Positions 1-9,583 of a stretch of DNA of 64,000 nucleotides are shown here, piece by piece (within the stretch, counting starts at the first letter, position 1; each line of letters begins with the position of its first letter). The translations under genes were made by a program, and so were the position numbers. The notes below the pieces were generated by a model. That model was not told the DNA's origin. It saw nothing but the letters and a program-made list of their open reading frames with translations, and ran no database searches. Source of the stretch: an uncultured Burkholderiales bacterium. Its GTDB lineage: Bacteria; Pseudomonadota; Gammaproteobacteria; Burkholderiales; Burkholderiaceae_C. Where the stretch lies: contig CAIODK010000042.1 of assembly GCA_903856995.1 (NCBI GenBank), forward strand, positions 10,259-74,258. Reading direction: 5' to 3'.

Positions 1-293
1 AGCTCAATCTTTCCTCGCCGAAACAGATCGTCAAACACATGCGAATCTGTTTGCCTTGGGAAACTACAGATGATTTTTCGAACACGTCCTGTTTGAAGCA
101 GCGCCGCCAAACCGGTCTCACCATTGCCAGCGTTGTTGTTCACCACCGTCAAATCGCGGGCGCCCTGATCGATCAAACCTTCAATCAATTCATTGGGGAT
201 ACCGGCCGTCCCAAACCCCCCAATCAAGACCGTGGAACCATCTGCCACGCCTTGCAGGGCTTGGGCGATCGAATCAGCGATTTTGTTGATCAT
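1..293 (-). CDS. pcaI: 3-oxoacid (3-oxoadipate-type) CoA-transferase subunit A, 5' part; runs off the window edge
   Basis: Not in the ORF track. Manual translation from ATG at 293 gives MINKIADSIAQALQGVADGSTVLIGGFGTAGIPNELIEGL...VVNNNAGNGETGLAALL...RKIICSFPRQ, a typical family I CoA-transferase A N-terminus. ATGA overlap with the upstream stop. Confidence 0.85.
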   Translation of the reverse strand, partial: MINKIADSIAQALQGVADGSTVLIGGFGTAGIPNELIEGLIDQGARDLTVVNNNAGNGETGLAALLQTGRVRKIICSFPRQTDSHVFDDLFRRGKIE

Positions 294-817
294 GGCGCCG
301 CATGGTCGGGTCGAACATAAAGCACACGAGTTGTGTTGACGAACAGGGGTCGAACTCTGTCACTCCACGACGTATTGCGGATGGCGAGCCATGCCTCACT
401 CACCATCACCTCCGGGGAAACCAATTCGTAACAGGCAATGTAGCGCGGCGAACCCGAGGTACGAAGGTATCGCTTCGCACTGACCGTCCCCGGCACACGC
501 GCCAGACCAGGCAGATGCTCCGTGTCGTACCAAGCATTGAAATCGTCGACAGAGTCATCCGGAACATCCGTTTCAACGACGTAATGAAAGCCACCGACAA
601 GGTGATGGCTTTCACCCTGCAAGCTGCTCCACAACGTGATCTCCTCGGACACCACCCCCAGCGGCTGATTGCCAATCGCATAGCCGCGCCAAGTGAGGCC
701 GTCGAGGGACTTCCACCATTCAAGCTGTGCGGCATTGCCTAAGGTCGTCGCTTCAGGCAGTACGGGCCCCTGATAGGTTGCAAGATAAATGGGTGTGGGC
801 ATTTTGGTTTCGATCAA
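290..817 (-). CDS. Hypothetical protein, EthD/DUF4286-like dimeric alpha-beta barrel
   Basis: C-terminal half DDFNAWYDTEHLPGLARVPGTVSAKRY...YIACYEL resembles this family; overlaps both neighbours. Start may be the ATG at 799. Confidence 0.6.
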   Translation of the reverse strand: MIETKMPTPIYLATYQGPVLPEATTLGNAAQLEWWKSLDGLTWRGYAIGNQPLGVVSEEITLWSSLQGESHHLVGGFHYVVETDVPDDSVDDFNAWYDTEHLPGLARVPGTVSAKRYLRTSGSPRYIACYELVSPEVMVSEAWLAIRNTSWSDRVRPLFVNTTRVLYVRPDHAAP

Positions 818-1341
818 TGAACAATGTTGAGTGCGACAAGAAACCGAGACACCATGTTGTAAGCCGCCACGGTGGCCACAAGCTCCACGACCGTCGCAGG
901 GGCGTACTTCTGAGTCACCTCCGCCATCAAAGCAGCGGGAACTTCAATGTCGCGCGTCATGTGGTCGGTCATCGTGAGGAGAAGTTTTTCTTCAGGTGAA
1001 AATCGATCCGACAACTGCGCAAGCTGTATGTCGTCAATTTTGTCTTGCATTACCCCTGCCTTCAGCGCATGTGGGAGATGTGCCTCAAATTCGAAGCTGG
1101 CTTTATTCAAAACAGCGACACGAAGAATGATCAACTCACGCAAATCAGCGGGCACAGAGCTTCGATTGCGCACCGCCGTCAACAAGCTTTCCCAACCTTG
1201 GGCAAGGGGCGCACTGTTGAGTAAGACTTGATAGAGGGGCGAGATACGTCCGCGCTCTTGAAGAATCCGAGTTTCCAGCTCTTTCAACTCAGGTCGAGTT
1301 CCTGCCACCACCAAAGGTACGCGAATGTGATCAGCGCTCAT
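814..1341 (-). CDS. Carboxymuconolactone decarboxylase/AhpD-like family protein
   Basis: LRELIILRVAVLNKASFEFEAH and VELVATVAAYNMVSRFL motifs; no CxxC. Confidence 0.8.
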   Translation of the reverse strand: MSADHIRVPLVVAGTRPELKELETRILQERGRISPLYQVLLNSAPLAQGWESLLTAVRNRSSVPADLRELIILRVAVLNKASFEFEAHLPHALKAGVMQDKIDDIQLAQLSDRFSPEEKLLLTMTDHMTRDIEVPAALMAEVTQKYAPATVVELVATVAAYNMVSRFLVALNIVH

Positions 1342-2303
1342 TCATCACCTGTGATGTTGCGGGCCTTGATGAGCTGCGCCCATTTCTCAGTATCTGCCCT
1401 GAGCATCGCACCGAGCTCTTCAGGTGTGGAGTATTTCGGCTCAGCGCCAGATTGCGTCATTTTGGCGTTTGCCACAGGGTCAGTCACCGCCTGCTGTACC
1501 GCTTTGTTGAGCGCCTTGATCACATCGGGAGAAGTTTTGGCTGAGGCAAACAAACCATACCAATTGTTCGTGTCCACAGACTTGAAGCCTTGCTCCTCAA
1601 AGGTTTTGACATCGGGCAGCAAGGGGTGGCGTGATTTAGAGGCCATGCCTAGCGCCTTTAGGCGACCGCCTTTGATCTGACTCATCACAGCAGGCACGTC
1701 AGCAAAAAAACCAGCAACTTGCCCACCTAGTAAATCATTCAATGCCGGAGCCATGCCGTTATAGGGAATATGCAAGAGATCAGCACCTGTTGATTGCTCA
1801 AGCTGCAAAAGCGCCAAATGTGGAATGCTGCCTTTGCCTGAGGAGGCAATGGGTAGCGGTACTTTTTTGCTTTTGGCGGTCGCAATGAACTCGGAAGCAT
1901 CCTTGGCGGGATTATTGGCATTGGCCACAAAAACTTCCACGTTGTTCGCCACCAAAGAAACAGGCACGAAGTCTTTTTGCATGTTGTAGGACAGCTTGGG
2001 GTACAGCGCAGGATTGATCGCTGCCGCGCCCACACTGGTCAACCACAAGGTGGTGCCATCTGCGTCAGACTTGAGCACTTCATTGGCACCAATCGCGCCA
2101 CTTGCACCGGGCTTGTTTTCCACGATCACGGTGCGGCCCAGACTTCTACCCAAGGGCTCCGAAATCGTGCGAGCCATCGCATCCACGGGGCCACCCGCGG
2201 CAAAAGCAACAATGATGCGCAGTGGTTTAGTCGTCGTTTGCGCACACACCAGAGTGACCGCAAAGACCGACACCAAAGCAACGAGCAGGTTTCTTTTTTT
2301 CAT
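1338..2303 (-). CDS. Bug/TctC tripartite tricarboxylate transporter substrate-binding protein
   Basis: Signal peptide; IIVAFAAGGPVDAMAR, VENKPGASGAIG, HIPYNG motifs. Confidence 0.9.
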   Translation of the reverse strand: MKKRNLLVALVSVFAVTLVCAQTTTKPLRIIVAFAAGGPVDAMARTISEPLGRSLGRTVIVENKPGASGAIGANEVLKSDADGTTLWLTSVGAAAINPALYPKLSYNMQKDFVPVSLVANNVEVFVANANNPAKDASEFIATAKSKKVPLPIASSGKGSIPHLALLQLEQSTGADLLHIPYNGMAPALNDLLGGQVAGFFADVPAVMSQIKGGRLKALGMASKSRHPLLPDVKTFEEQGFKSVDTNNWYGLFASAKTSPDVIKALNKAVQQAVTDPVANAKMTQSGAEPKYSTPEELGAMLRADTEKWAQLIKARNITGDE

Positions 2304-2326
2304 TCACTTGTCTCCCATATAGTTTC

Positions 2327-3124
2327 TTAGTCACAACGTGCGGTCATGCCGCCATCGACAACAATCTCGGTCCCAGTGATGAACCGTGCCTCATCACTGG
2401 CTAAGAAAAGTGCGGCGCTCGCCGTGTCACGGCCATCCCCCATAAAGCCAAGTGGAATACGCTTCACACGGGTTGCAAGCAAGGATTCCACGTCCCCACC
2501 TGTGCGCTGCTTGGCAAGGCGCACTTCAACCATGGGGGTGTGCAACTGTCCTGGCACCACAGTATTGACACGGACGCCCGAAGGCGCATGTTGAACAGCC
2601 ACCACACGCGAGAGCTGAATCACGCCTGCTTTAGCTGCAGCATAGGCCACCTGCGCACTCCCAGTCCACCGAATACCGGAGGAAGAGGCCACGTTCACAA
2701 TCGAACCGCCTTGTTTTGCGATCATGGTTGGCAACACATACTTGCACGCTAAGAATACGCTCTTCAAATTCACATTGAATTGACTGTCCCAAACCTCTTC
2801 GCTCATCTCGACAGGACCACCAGGGGCAGAGCCGCCGACGTTGTTGATCAGGATGTCAATGGTCCCAAACCTGTCCAAGCACGCTTGCACCATGTGCTGG
2901 ATGCTCTCTGAGCTCGTGACATCACAGACATGCGTCGCAATGGCACTGCGCGCATCGCCTGCCAAAGCTATTGTTTCAGCCAGCCGCTCGGGGTCGCGAT
3001 CGACAGCGAAGACTTGGGCACCCTCTTGCGCTAGACGCACTGCAATGGCGCGCCCATTCCCCCAGCCTGCGCCGACGCAGCCTGCGCCCGTCACGATTGC
3101 TACCTTTGATTTGAAACGTCCCAT
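2327..3124 (-). CDS. Short-chain dehydrogenase/reductase (SDR)
   Basis: TGAGxxxxxxGNG (inserted glycine-rich loop), NNVG, YAAAK catalytic motif, VDGG. Confidence 0.9.
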   Translation of the reverse strand: MGRFKSKVAIVTGAGCVGAGWGNGRAIAVRLAQEGAQVFAVDRDPERLAETIALAGDARSAIATHVCDVTSSESIQHMVQACLDRFGTIDILINNVGGSAPGGPVEMSEEVWDSQFNVNLKSVFLACKYVLPTMIAKQGGSIVNVASSSGIRWTGSAQVAYAAAKAGVIQLSRVVAVQHAPSGVRVNTVVPGQLHTPMVEVRLAKQRTGGDVESLLATRVKRIPLGFMGDGRDTASAALFLASDEARFITGTEIVVDGGMTARCD

Positions 3125-3220
3125 GATTCGCCCATGCCTTGCCTGTTAAAGGTGCAAGTGTGTAGCAATAGACGCTAGAGGTAAACTAGATACCCGCTAT
3201 ATCAGATATGTTATTTATCT

Positions 3221-4123
3221 ATGGATCTCAAGCAACTGACGTATTTCGTCACGGTCGTCGAACGGGGCAGTTTTAGCAGGGCGGCAGTCGCTCTCAATTT
3301 GGCCCAACCCAGCCTCAGCCGACAAGTCGCGTTACTCGAAAATGAATTGGGCCATCGACTCCTAGACCGGACCGGCCGAGGCGTCTCCATGACGCAAGCG
3401 GGAGAAGCACTTTTGGTACATGCCAAAGTCATGCTTGACGCGGCAGAACAAGCGAAATTTCAAATCAAGGAAATGCGGACGGACCCAACAGGACGCGTGG
3501 TCGTGGGGCTTCCGCACCGCGTGGCCATGGGCTTGTGCGTCCCGCTGATTCAAAGATTTCGAGAAAAATTACCCAAGGCTTTGATCACCGTCGTGGAAGG
3601 TTTGAGCCTGTCGCTCAGAGATGAGCTGATCAGTGGACAGATTGATGTCGGGCTACTTTTCGACCCAGCCCCCACCGCCTTGTTGAAGTACGAAACATTG
3701 CTACGAGAAAGGCTCATGCTGGTTGCCCCTGCCGCCACACAACTCCCAAAACAAGTCAGCCTTCAGTCTCTCAAAGACTTTCCGATGGTGCTTCCGAGTA
3801 GCCCCAACCCCATTCGAAATTTGGTGGATGCCGTTCTACTGCCGAAAAAAATCAGCTTGAACATCATCGCTGAAGTTGGCGCTGTCCACACCGCCCTGAC
3901 CCTTGTTGAGAATTCAATGGCCTGCTCCATCCTTCCCGAAAGTGCACTGAACCTGAGTGCACACCACATGAAAGTGAACGTTTCCCCTATTGGCCCGCCT
4001 GCGATGTGGAACCAACTGGTTCTAGCGATCCCCGCCTCACGTCCGATGAACCGACTGACACTAGAGACAACCAAACTATTACGCGAACTCGACTTTCGCA
4101 TGGCACACAAAACTGAATCCTAA
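3221..4123 (+). CDS. LysR-family transcriptional regulator, divergent from the SDR operon
   Basis: N-terminal HTH GSFSRAAVALNLAQPSLSRQVALLENELG; 300 aa. Confidence 0.93.
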   Translation: MDLKQLTYFVTVVERGSFSRAAVALNLAQPSLSRQVALLENELGHRLLDRTGRGVSMTQAGEALLVHAKVMLDAAEQAKFQIKEMRTDPTGRVVVGLPHRVAMGLCVPLIQRFREKLPKALITVVEGLSLSLRDELISGQIDVGLLFDPAPTALLKYETLLRERLMLVAPAATQLPKQVSLQSLKDFPMVLPSSPNPIRNLVDAVLLPKKISLNIIAEVGAVHTALTLVENSMACSILPESALNLSAHHMKVNVSPIGPPAMWNQLVLAIPASRPMNRLTLETTKLLRELDFRMAHKTES

Positions 4124-4220
4124 AATTTCCACGGTTCAATTGCAGATTTTTTCTGCTCAAGCAGGGATTGCGAGATTGAAATTTGATCTTGCCATCGCAT
4201 GGAGGCAAACGACAAGTCAG

Positions 4221-4928
4221 CTAGAGATCGGAAGTCCGGTACAACTCATTCGCACGCGTCAGGTGATCTGTGACGGCTTTGACAGCCCCTGCGACATCAT
4301 GCTTGGCAATGGCATCGATTATTTTTTGATGCTCTAACAGCGTGAGCTCCTCTGCGCCAGGGGCACGAACGATAGACTGGTAATACGCGCTGGCCCAGCC
4401 AAACATGGCTTCGACGATTGCGGGATAAATCGGATTGCCACTGATGCGCGCAATTTCTCTGTGAAAGTACATGTCCTGTTTCATGAACTGATCCAAGTTG
4501 ACCATGGACGCACGATGGTGCGTTTGGCGTGTTTGCAAACGCGCAATGTCGTCCTCCGTTGCATTTTGAGCAGCCAACTTGACCATGCCAATTTCTAAAA
4601 AGAGTCGAGCCTCTTTGATGTGATCTAAGGTCTCTGGCTGCATGCGCAACAAGTGCCGCGCACCTCCTGCAATTTGTTCAATCAACAAATGCGCTGTCGG
4701 AACGACGACCCGTGCACGTTCGCCATGCGATATTTCCACGATGCCCGAGCGCGCCAGCTCTTGCATCGCTTCACGAACCGCAACACGCCCCACGCCGTAA
4801 ACCTCCATCAAATCTCGCTCTGAGGGCAATTGATCGCCGGGACCGATTTCACCCGACTCAATGCGTTGCATGAGACGTTCAAGGACATCTTGGTAGAGCT
4901 TGCGTCTTTGGATAGGTTCAACATTCAT
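4221..4928 (-). CDS. GntR/FadR-family regulator (NanR-like), probable apionate cluster regulator
   Basis: LPSERDLMEVYGVGRVAVREA wHTH plus FCD domain (DMYFHREIARISGNP). Confidence 0.88.
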   Translation of the reverse strand: MNVEPIQRRKLYQDVLERLMQRIESGEIGPGDQLPSERDLMEVYGVGRVAVREAMQELARSGIVEISHGERARVVVPTAHLLIEQIAGGARHLLRMQPETLDHIKEARLFLEIGMVKLAAQNATEDDIARLQTRQTHHRASMVNLDQFMKQDMYFHREIARISGNPIYPAIVEAMFGWASAYYQSIVRAPGAEELTLLEHQKIIDAIAKHDVAGAVKAVTDHLTRANELYRTSDL

Positions 4929-4943
4929 GGCATGAATCTACCA

Positions 4944-6329
4944 TTATGAAAAGCATCCCGACTTAACTTGGCCATAAAAACTCTCGGCCCCAAGTTGCCC
5001 GCCCTTCAACGCGACCTGCAGCCCATCCCGTTTGGGATCATCTGACCACGCGCGACACAGAGGAACACCTGGCGCCATGCCAGCATCCACCGTCAAGGCG
5101 CGAATCCCCAAATGACTGCCCACTGCACCGGAGCTGTCCCCACCCGCCACCACGAAGCGACGGATCGTCGATTGATCAAGTACCTGGCGCATGATCTCAG
5201 CCAATGCCTGCCCCACACGCTCCGCAGCCGCTTCTTTACTCAAGCTAGCTGCCGCAGCAGTTGCCGTAAAGTTCAACACCGCAGGATCATCCGGGCCTTC
5301 GGCTGAGAACACAAGGGGTGAAATATTCTGAGCAATGGATGCCAATGCCAACGACACCAATCTGGCAATTTCAAGACCTGCCTCATGTGCATCCAGGCAC
5401 CGCGAAATATCTAGACGTTCTGTGGCAAAACCATGGGTACGCGCCCATTGAATTTGTGCACCACTCATCGGAGAGCAACTCCCGCTGACCACCGCAATAC
5501 AGGGCACGGCGTTAGCCACAGGCAAGCTCGGCGTTTGAGGAATCAGTCCTTGCTGGCGCCAATAAGCGGCCAGCGCATATTGCAAACCCGATGATGAGGC
5601 ACTGAAAAGGCCTTGTCCACGGTTCTCCCACACCAAGCGCCCCGCTTCAAGTTGAGTTGCGTCATCGGCCACATCAATCATCACCACCGGTTGGTCATCC
5701 CCTTGTAACGCATCGCAACGAATTTGCCCTAAACCCTCCGAGAGTTCAGCCACATGAATCAATTCAATGCGGCGCTGCGTTTGCTCAGTCAAATGCACGC
5801 GCAAATCACTTTCTTGCATGGGGGTCACGGGGTGGCGCGACATGGTCGGGTGACGATCGATTCTGTGAACAACCCCATTCGCACCAGCAAACAAATGACC
5901 AAACACTTGGTATCGTTTGAGCCTAGGCGCACCCACCACCAAAGGTGACCACCGCGCGCGCGTCGTCTTAACGCCGAGATCAATGGCTTGACCAATAGAG
6001 CCCACACAAGCAGAGGAATCAAACGTGGAACACACCTTGTAGTGCAAGATGGGTGCGCCCATGCCCTGCAAGCATTCAAAGATTGCAGGTAGCTCGCGTC
6101 TCATCCAGTCAGGGCTTTTGCCTCGGGACTGCCCTGCCAAGCCGATGCAACGCATGTGTTGAAATCGCGCCAAATCCGAAGGTTTTGGACGTTCTAAAAA
6201 AAGCACTGTTGGAATACCAGCTGCGGTGAAGGCTTCCATGACATCCGTGGAACCAGTGAAATCGTCACCGTAATAGGTGAGCAACCGCCCCTCAGGCCAT
6301 ACGTTGGTGTGAGCAGTCACGACGTTCAC
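4944..6329 (-). CDS. oiaK: Four-carbon acid sugar kinase family (DUF1537), probable 3-oxo-isoapionate kinase
   Basis: YYGDDFTGSTD, YKVCSTFDS, GGDSSG, LKGGQ motifs; adjacent to RLP and apnO; GTG start overlaps the RLP stop. Confidence 0.82.
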   Translation of the reverse strand: MNVVTAHTNVWPEGRLLTYYGDDFTGSTDVMEAFTAAGIPTVLFLERPKPSDLARFQHMRCIGLAGQSRGKSPDWMRRELPAIFECLQGMGAPILHYKVCSTFDSSACVGSIGQAIDLGVKTTRARWSPLVVGAPRLKRYQVFGHLFAGANGVVHRIDRHPTMSRHPVTPMQESDLRVHLTEQTQRRIELIHVAELSEGLGQIRCDALQGDDQPVVMIDVADDATQLEAGRLVWENRGQGLFSASSSGLQYALAAYWRQQGLIPQTPSLPVANAVPCIAVVSGSCSPMSGAQIQWARTHGFATERLDISRCLDAHEAGLEIARLVSLALASIAQNISPLVFSAEGPDDPAVLNFTATAAAASLSKEAAAERVGQALAEIMRQVLDQSTIRRFVVAGGDSSGAVGSHLGIRALTVDAGMAPGVPLCRAWSDDPKRDGLQVALKGGQLGAESFYGQVKSGCFS

Positions 6330-7567
6330 CAAAAGGTCAATGCACGTTGCAAAGCAGGTCTGTCTTTGGCGTAGCTCACCAAATCAACACCCGCTTCAGC
6401 GGCTTCCCATGCTTGGCGTAAGGCCGTCACCCCTGAAGCCACGCCATCAGGATGACCAAATATTCCGCCACCAGCGGTACAAATCAAATCGGTATTACCC
6501 AAGGCGGCATACGTGTCGTGCGCTTGCAATCCTGTTTGGGCCGAACTAAAGACAGGTACCGCGCACATCGGTGCATCCTCAAACAGCGGTTTGATAACTG
6601 AGCGTGCGGATGAAATCACCGTCTCATCAGACTCACTGAATTTGTTACGCAACCCATTTACATGCAGATGATCTACACCCGCCAAACGCCAAATTTGTTG
6701 CCATGCAGCGAAGTCCCACCCTAGGGACGGGCTGCGACTCAGATACCCCCACCCTGCTCGGTGTGCATGAATGGGCAAACGACTGTGCCGACGAAATTCG
6801 GTCAAACCTGTCAGTCCGATCGAATTCAAGCACACCATCACGCACGAGCCTTGGTGCTTTAACACCAAATCATGGCGCTGCTTCATTTGATCTACCTCAC
6901 CCGTGATGTTGAAAGCCACCATCACCTGACGTCCTAATTTTTGCGACGCTTCATTCACCACGCGCATGACTGACGTCACGCGGTCATTGAAGGGGCAATG
7001 AGGCCCATCCGACTGCAGCTCATCGTCTTTGATGAAATCAATGCGGCCGTCCACCAACAAACGTACCTGCTCAGCTGTTTCTTGCGCATTCAGGCCGACG
7101 CTTGGTTTGATGATGGTGCCAATCAACGGCCCTTTCATCACGCCACTCAACCGGCGTGTGCCCTCAATGCCGAACGCTGGACCGAGGTAGGCTTGAGAGA
7201 ACGCATGCGGCAGTTTCAGATCTAACAAACGTAAACCCGAAACTTGCGCCAATTCAAATAAGTTCCCTGCGACTGTGGCCATCAACGTAGGTAGGCATGG
7301 GCCTAAGTTTTCCAACGGCCAAGACAACTCTAGCAAGCAACGGGTGTATCGCTCGGACTTCATGCCCCCAGGCAAGCTGGGGGCGTCGGCCACGTCCAAC
7401 ACCTGCAGCGATTCCACACGCGCCCCAGATCGCGCTTTCAATGCAGGCGTTTCTGTCGCTAATTTTAAAAATGTACCGCTGGACTGCTCCCCAGCAATCA
7501 CCTCGGCTGCGCGCATTGGATCATCACCGGTTTCTAACCAGTAGCGCGCGTAAATTCTGTCAGTCAT
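6326..7567 (-). CDS. RuBisCO-like protein (form IV), 3-oxo-isoapionate-4-phosphate transcarboxylase/hydrolase or decarboxylase (OiaT/OiaX type)
   Basis: AGEQSSGT, GTIIKPSVGL, DFIKDDE (carbamylated Lys motif), HAHRAG, GGGIFGHPDG; context of apnO and oiaK. Confidence 0.85.
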   Translation of the reverse strand: MTDRIYARYWLETGDDPMRAAEVIAGEQSSGTFLKLATETPALKARSGARVESLQVLDVADAPSLPGGMKSERYTRCLLELSWPLENLGPCLPTLMATVAGNLFELAQVSGLRLLDLKLPHAFSQAYLGPAFGIEGTRRLSGVMKGPLIGTIIKPSVGLNAQETAEQVRLLVDGRIDFIKDDELQSDGPHCPFNDRVTSVMRVVNEASQKLGRQVMVAFNITGEVDQMKQRHDLVLKHQGSCVMVCLNSIGLTGLTEFRRHSRLPIHAHRAGWGYLSRSPSLGWDFAAWQQIWRLAGVDHLHVNGLRNKFSESDETVISSARSVIKPLFEDAPMCAVPVFSSAQTGLQAHDTYAALGNTDLICTAGGGIFGHPDGVASGVTALRQAWEAAEAGVDLVSYAKDRPALQRALTFW

Positions 7568-7596
7568 TGATGTACTTTCAACTCTCAGTCAAACAC

Positions 7597-7631
7597 AAAA
7601 AAAGACGGCCTCAAAGTTTGAGAGCCGTCTT
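7597..7631 (-). terminator. Intrinsic terminator-like hairpin between dctP and the RLP gene
   Basis: Minus strand reads AAGACGGCTCTCAAACTTTGAGGCCGTCTTTTTTT: stem-loop followed by a U tract. Confidence 0.65.
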
Positions 7632-7647
7632 GTATGCGGACATTGTT

Positions 7648-8628
7648 TTATTTGTAGTCTTGAATTTTTCGAATGTTTTCTGCGCCAAACTCTTTTGCAT
7701 AGTTGGCATAAGCAGGACGCATGGCTTCGCGGAATGCGGCGCCGTCCACCTTGCGCACGACCGTCATGCCCTCTTTCTCCAATTGCGCAATACCGTTAGC
7801 TTCGTCATCATTGACTTTTTTGCGCTGTGCCACATTGGCCTTTTTAGCGGCTTCGTAGAACACAGTTTTATCAGCTTCGCTGAGTTTATTCATCACGCGT
7901 GGCGAAGTGAGAAACAACGCGGGTGAATAAACGTGGCCCGTCAACGATAAATGTTTTTGTACTTGTGAAAACTTAGAAGACAAGATCACTGGAATCGGGT
8001 TTTCTTGGCCGTCAACCGTGCCTTGTTGCAAGGCCCCGAATACTTCAGGAAACGCCATCGGTGTGGGTTGAATACCAAAGGCACGATACCCGTCCATGTG
8101 CACCTTGTTTTCCATCGTGCGCATCTTCAAACCAGAGGCATCCTCAGGCTTAACGATGGATCGTTTGCTGTTGGTCATATGGCGAAAACCATTTTCGGTC
8201 CACGCCAAAGCGACCAAACCCTTCGCTGGGAACTTCGTTAACAACTCTTGTCCGTTCGGACCATCAAAGTATTTGCGGGCATGGTCGTAATCTCGAAACA
8301 AGAATGGAATATCCACAATCTTGATTTCCGGCACAAAGTTACCCACGGGCCCCGTGGATGTATTGACGATATCAAGCGTGCCTAGTTGCACGGACTCGAT
8401 CATTTCCCGCTCACCCCCCAACGATCCGCTGGGGAATTGCTGGCATTTGTAGCGTCCTTGCGTCCCTTTTTCAATCTCATCACAAAGCACGGTGGAACCC
8501 ACGCCGTAATGTGAGGTGTTGGATGGGGTGTACCCAATTTTCAAAATCGTTTGCGCATTCACCGAACTTAGCGCCAGCAACGAAACGCCTGCCATTGAAA
8601 CGAAACGCAATATCTTTTTTAATTTCAT
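7648..8628 (-). CDS. dctP: TRAP transporter substrate-binding protein (DctP family)
   Basis: Signal peptide; FPSGSLGGERE, WTENGFRH, GLKMRTM, ALQQGTVDGQENP motifs. Confidence 0.92.
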   Translation of the reverse strand: MKLKKILRFVSMAGVSLLALSSVNAQTILKIGYTPSNTSHYGVGSTVLCDEIEKGTQGRYKCQQFPSGSLGGEREMIESVQLGTLDIVNTSTGPVGNFVPEIKIVDIPFLFRDYDHARKYFDGPNGQELLTKFPAKGLVALAWTENGFRHMTNSKRSIVKPEDASGLKMRTMENKVHMDGYRAFGIQPTPMAFPEVFGALQQGTVDGQENPIPVILSSKFSQVQKHLSLTGHVYSPALFLTSPRVMNKLSEADKTVFYEAAKKANVAQRKKVNDDEANGIAQLEKEGMTVVRKVDGAAFREAMRPAYANYAKEFGAENIRKIQDYK

Positions 8629-8663
8629 GATGTCTCCTAGGGTTGAACAGAAATGGTCGAATA

Positions 8664-9491
8664 TTAGGTGATGCGCTCAATGCTGTCAGCAATTTCTTGA
8701 TGATCAAAGATTTTCTTCCAGTCATCACGCATCAGACGTGGTTTGCCAAAGGTAATGGCCTTGTTACAAGCGTCAGAGAATTGACCTGGGATTTGCTTAA
8801 AGATCACAGCGGAAAGAATCGTCATATGACCCAGCAAGAAATCACGTGCAGCCTCGGCTGGAACGCCACGCGAAACCACTTCGTCCATGGCCTCACGCAT
8901 CACGTCCAATAAGGTCGCGCACACGGTCTCTGACAAACCAGGTTCAAGCAAAGCCATTTGCTCCACCGTCACACGGTATGAGCGCAAGATAGGCTGATAA
9001 ATCGTTTTGGCAATATCCTCGCCCAGATCAAACGCTTCATCAGGGCCTTGCATCAGGGCGCTGACAATTGACTGTGCTGCACTGACACCCCCGAAATAAT
9101 CAGGCGCACCCGCAATGTGAACCTCAGGACTAAAGATGCTGGGGTGACAGGGATGCGCCACAAAGTAAGTCAAGTCAGGTCGCTTAGGCAAATGGCCTGC
9201 AAAGGGTGCAGCAGCATCCAACGTCATCACCATGGTTCCCGCTTTGAGTTGTGGCGCGATCTCGGCAGCGAGTTGACCAATCAAAGTGTCTGGCACTGCC
9301 AAGATGACCACATCCACGTTTTTCAAAGCCTCTTCAACCGAGGAGCAGGCGATGCCCAATTCGTCTTGCAATCGCTTGCGACCTACTTCACCAACTTCCA
9401 CATGGCGGACTTGGTAGGCTGAACCCACCAAGTTCTTAGACAAACGAACGCCCATTTTTCCACCGGCTCCAAACAACGCAATTGATGTCAT
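8664..9491 (-). CDS. apnO: D-apionate oxidoisomerase (KARI/6PGDH-like NAD-binding fold)
   Basis: GAGGKMG Rossmann motif, ILAVPD, LDAAAP, HPCHP, LLEPGLSET; context of RLP and DUF1537 kinase. Confidence 0.8.
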   Translation of the reverse strand: MTSIALFGAGGKMGVRLSKNLVGSAYQVRHVEVGEVGRKRLQDELGIACSSVEEALKNVDVVILAVPDTLIGQLAAEIAPQLKAGTMVMTLDAAAPFAGHLPKRPDLTYFVAHPCHPSIFSPEVHIAGAPDYFGGVSAAQSIVSALMQGPDEAFDLGEDIAKTIYQPILRSYRVTVEQMALLEPGLSETVCATLLDVMREAMDEVVSRGVPAEAARDFLLGHMTILSAVIFKQIPGQFSDACNKAITFGKPRLMRDDWKKIFDHQEIADSIERIT

Positions 9492-9509
9492 CCTAAAACT
9501 CCATTGATA

Positions 9510-9534
9510 AACTGGTCTGATGGTATGATGAGTT
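9510..9534. promoter_or_regulatory. Candidate GntR/NanR-like operator upstream of apnO
   Basis: AACTGGTCTGATGGTATGATGAGTT contains the direct repeats TGGTCTGA/TGGTATGA, resembling the GGTATA repeats bound by NanR. Confidence 0.4.
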
Positions 9535-9583
9535 CACGAAAAAGCCTTATTGGGACATTTACCTAGCCAATAAGGATTCATTT

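Noticed and set aside
6326-7567. RuBisCO implying CO2 fixation
   Set aside because: Form IV features; no cbbS or prk; sugar-acid catabolic context.
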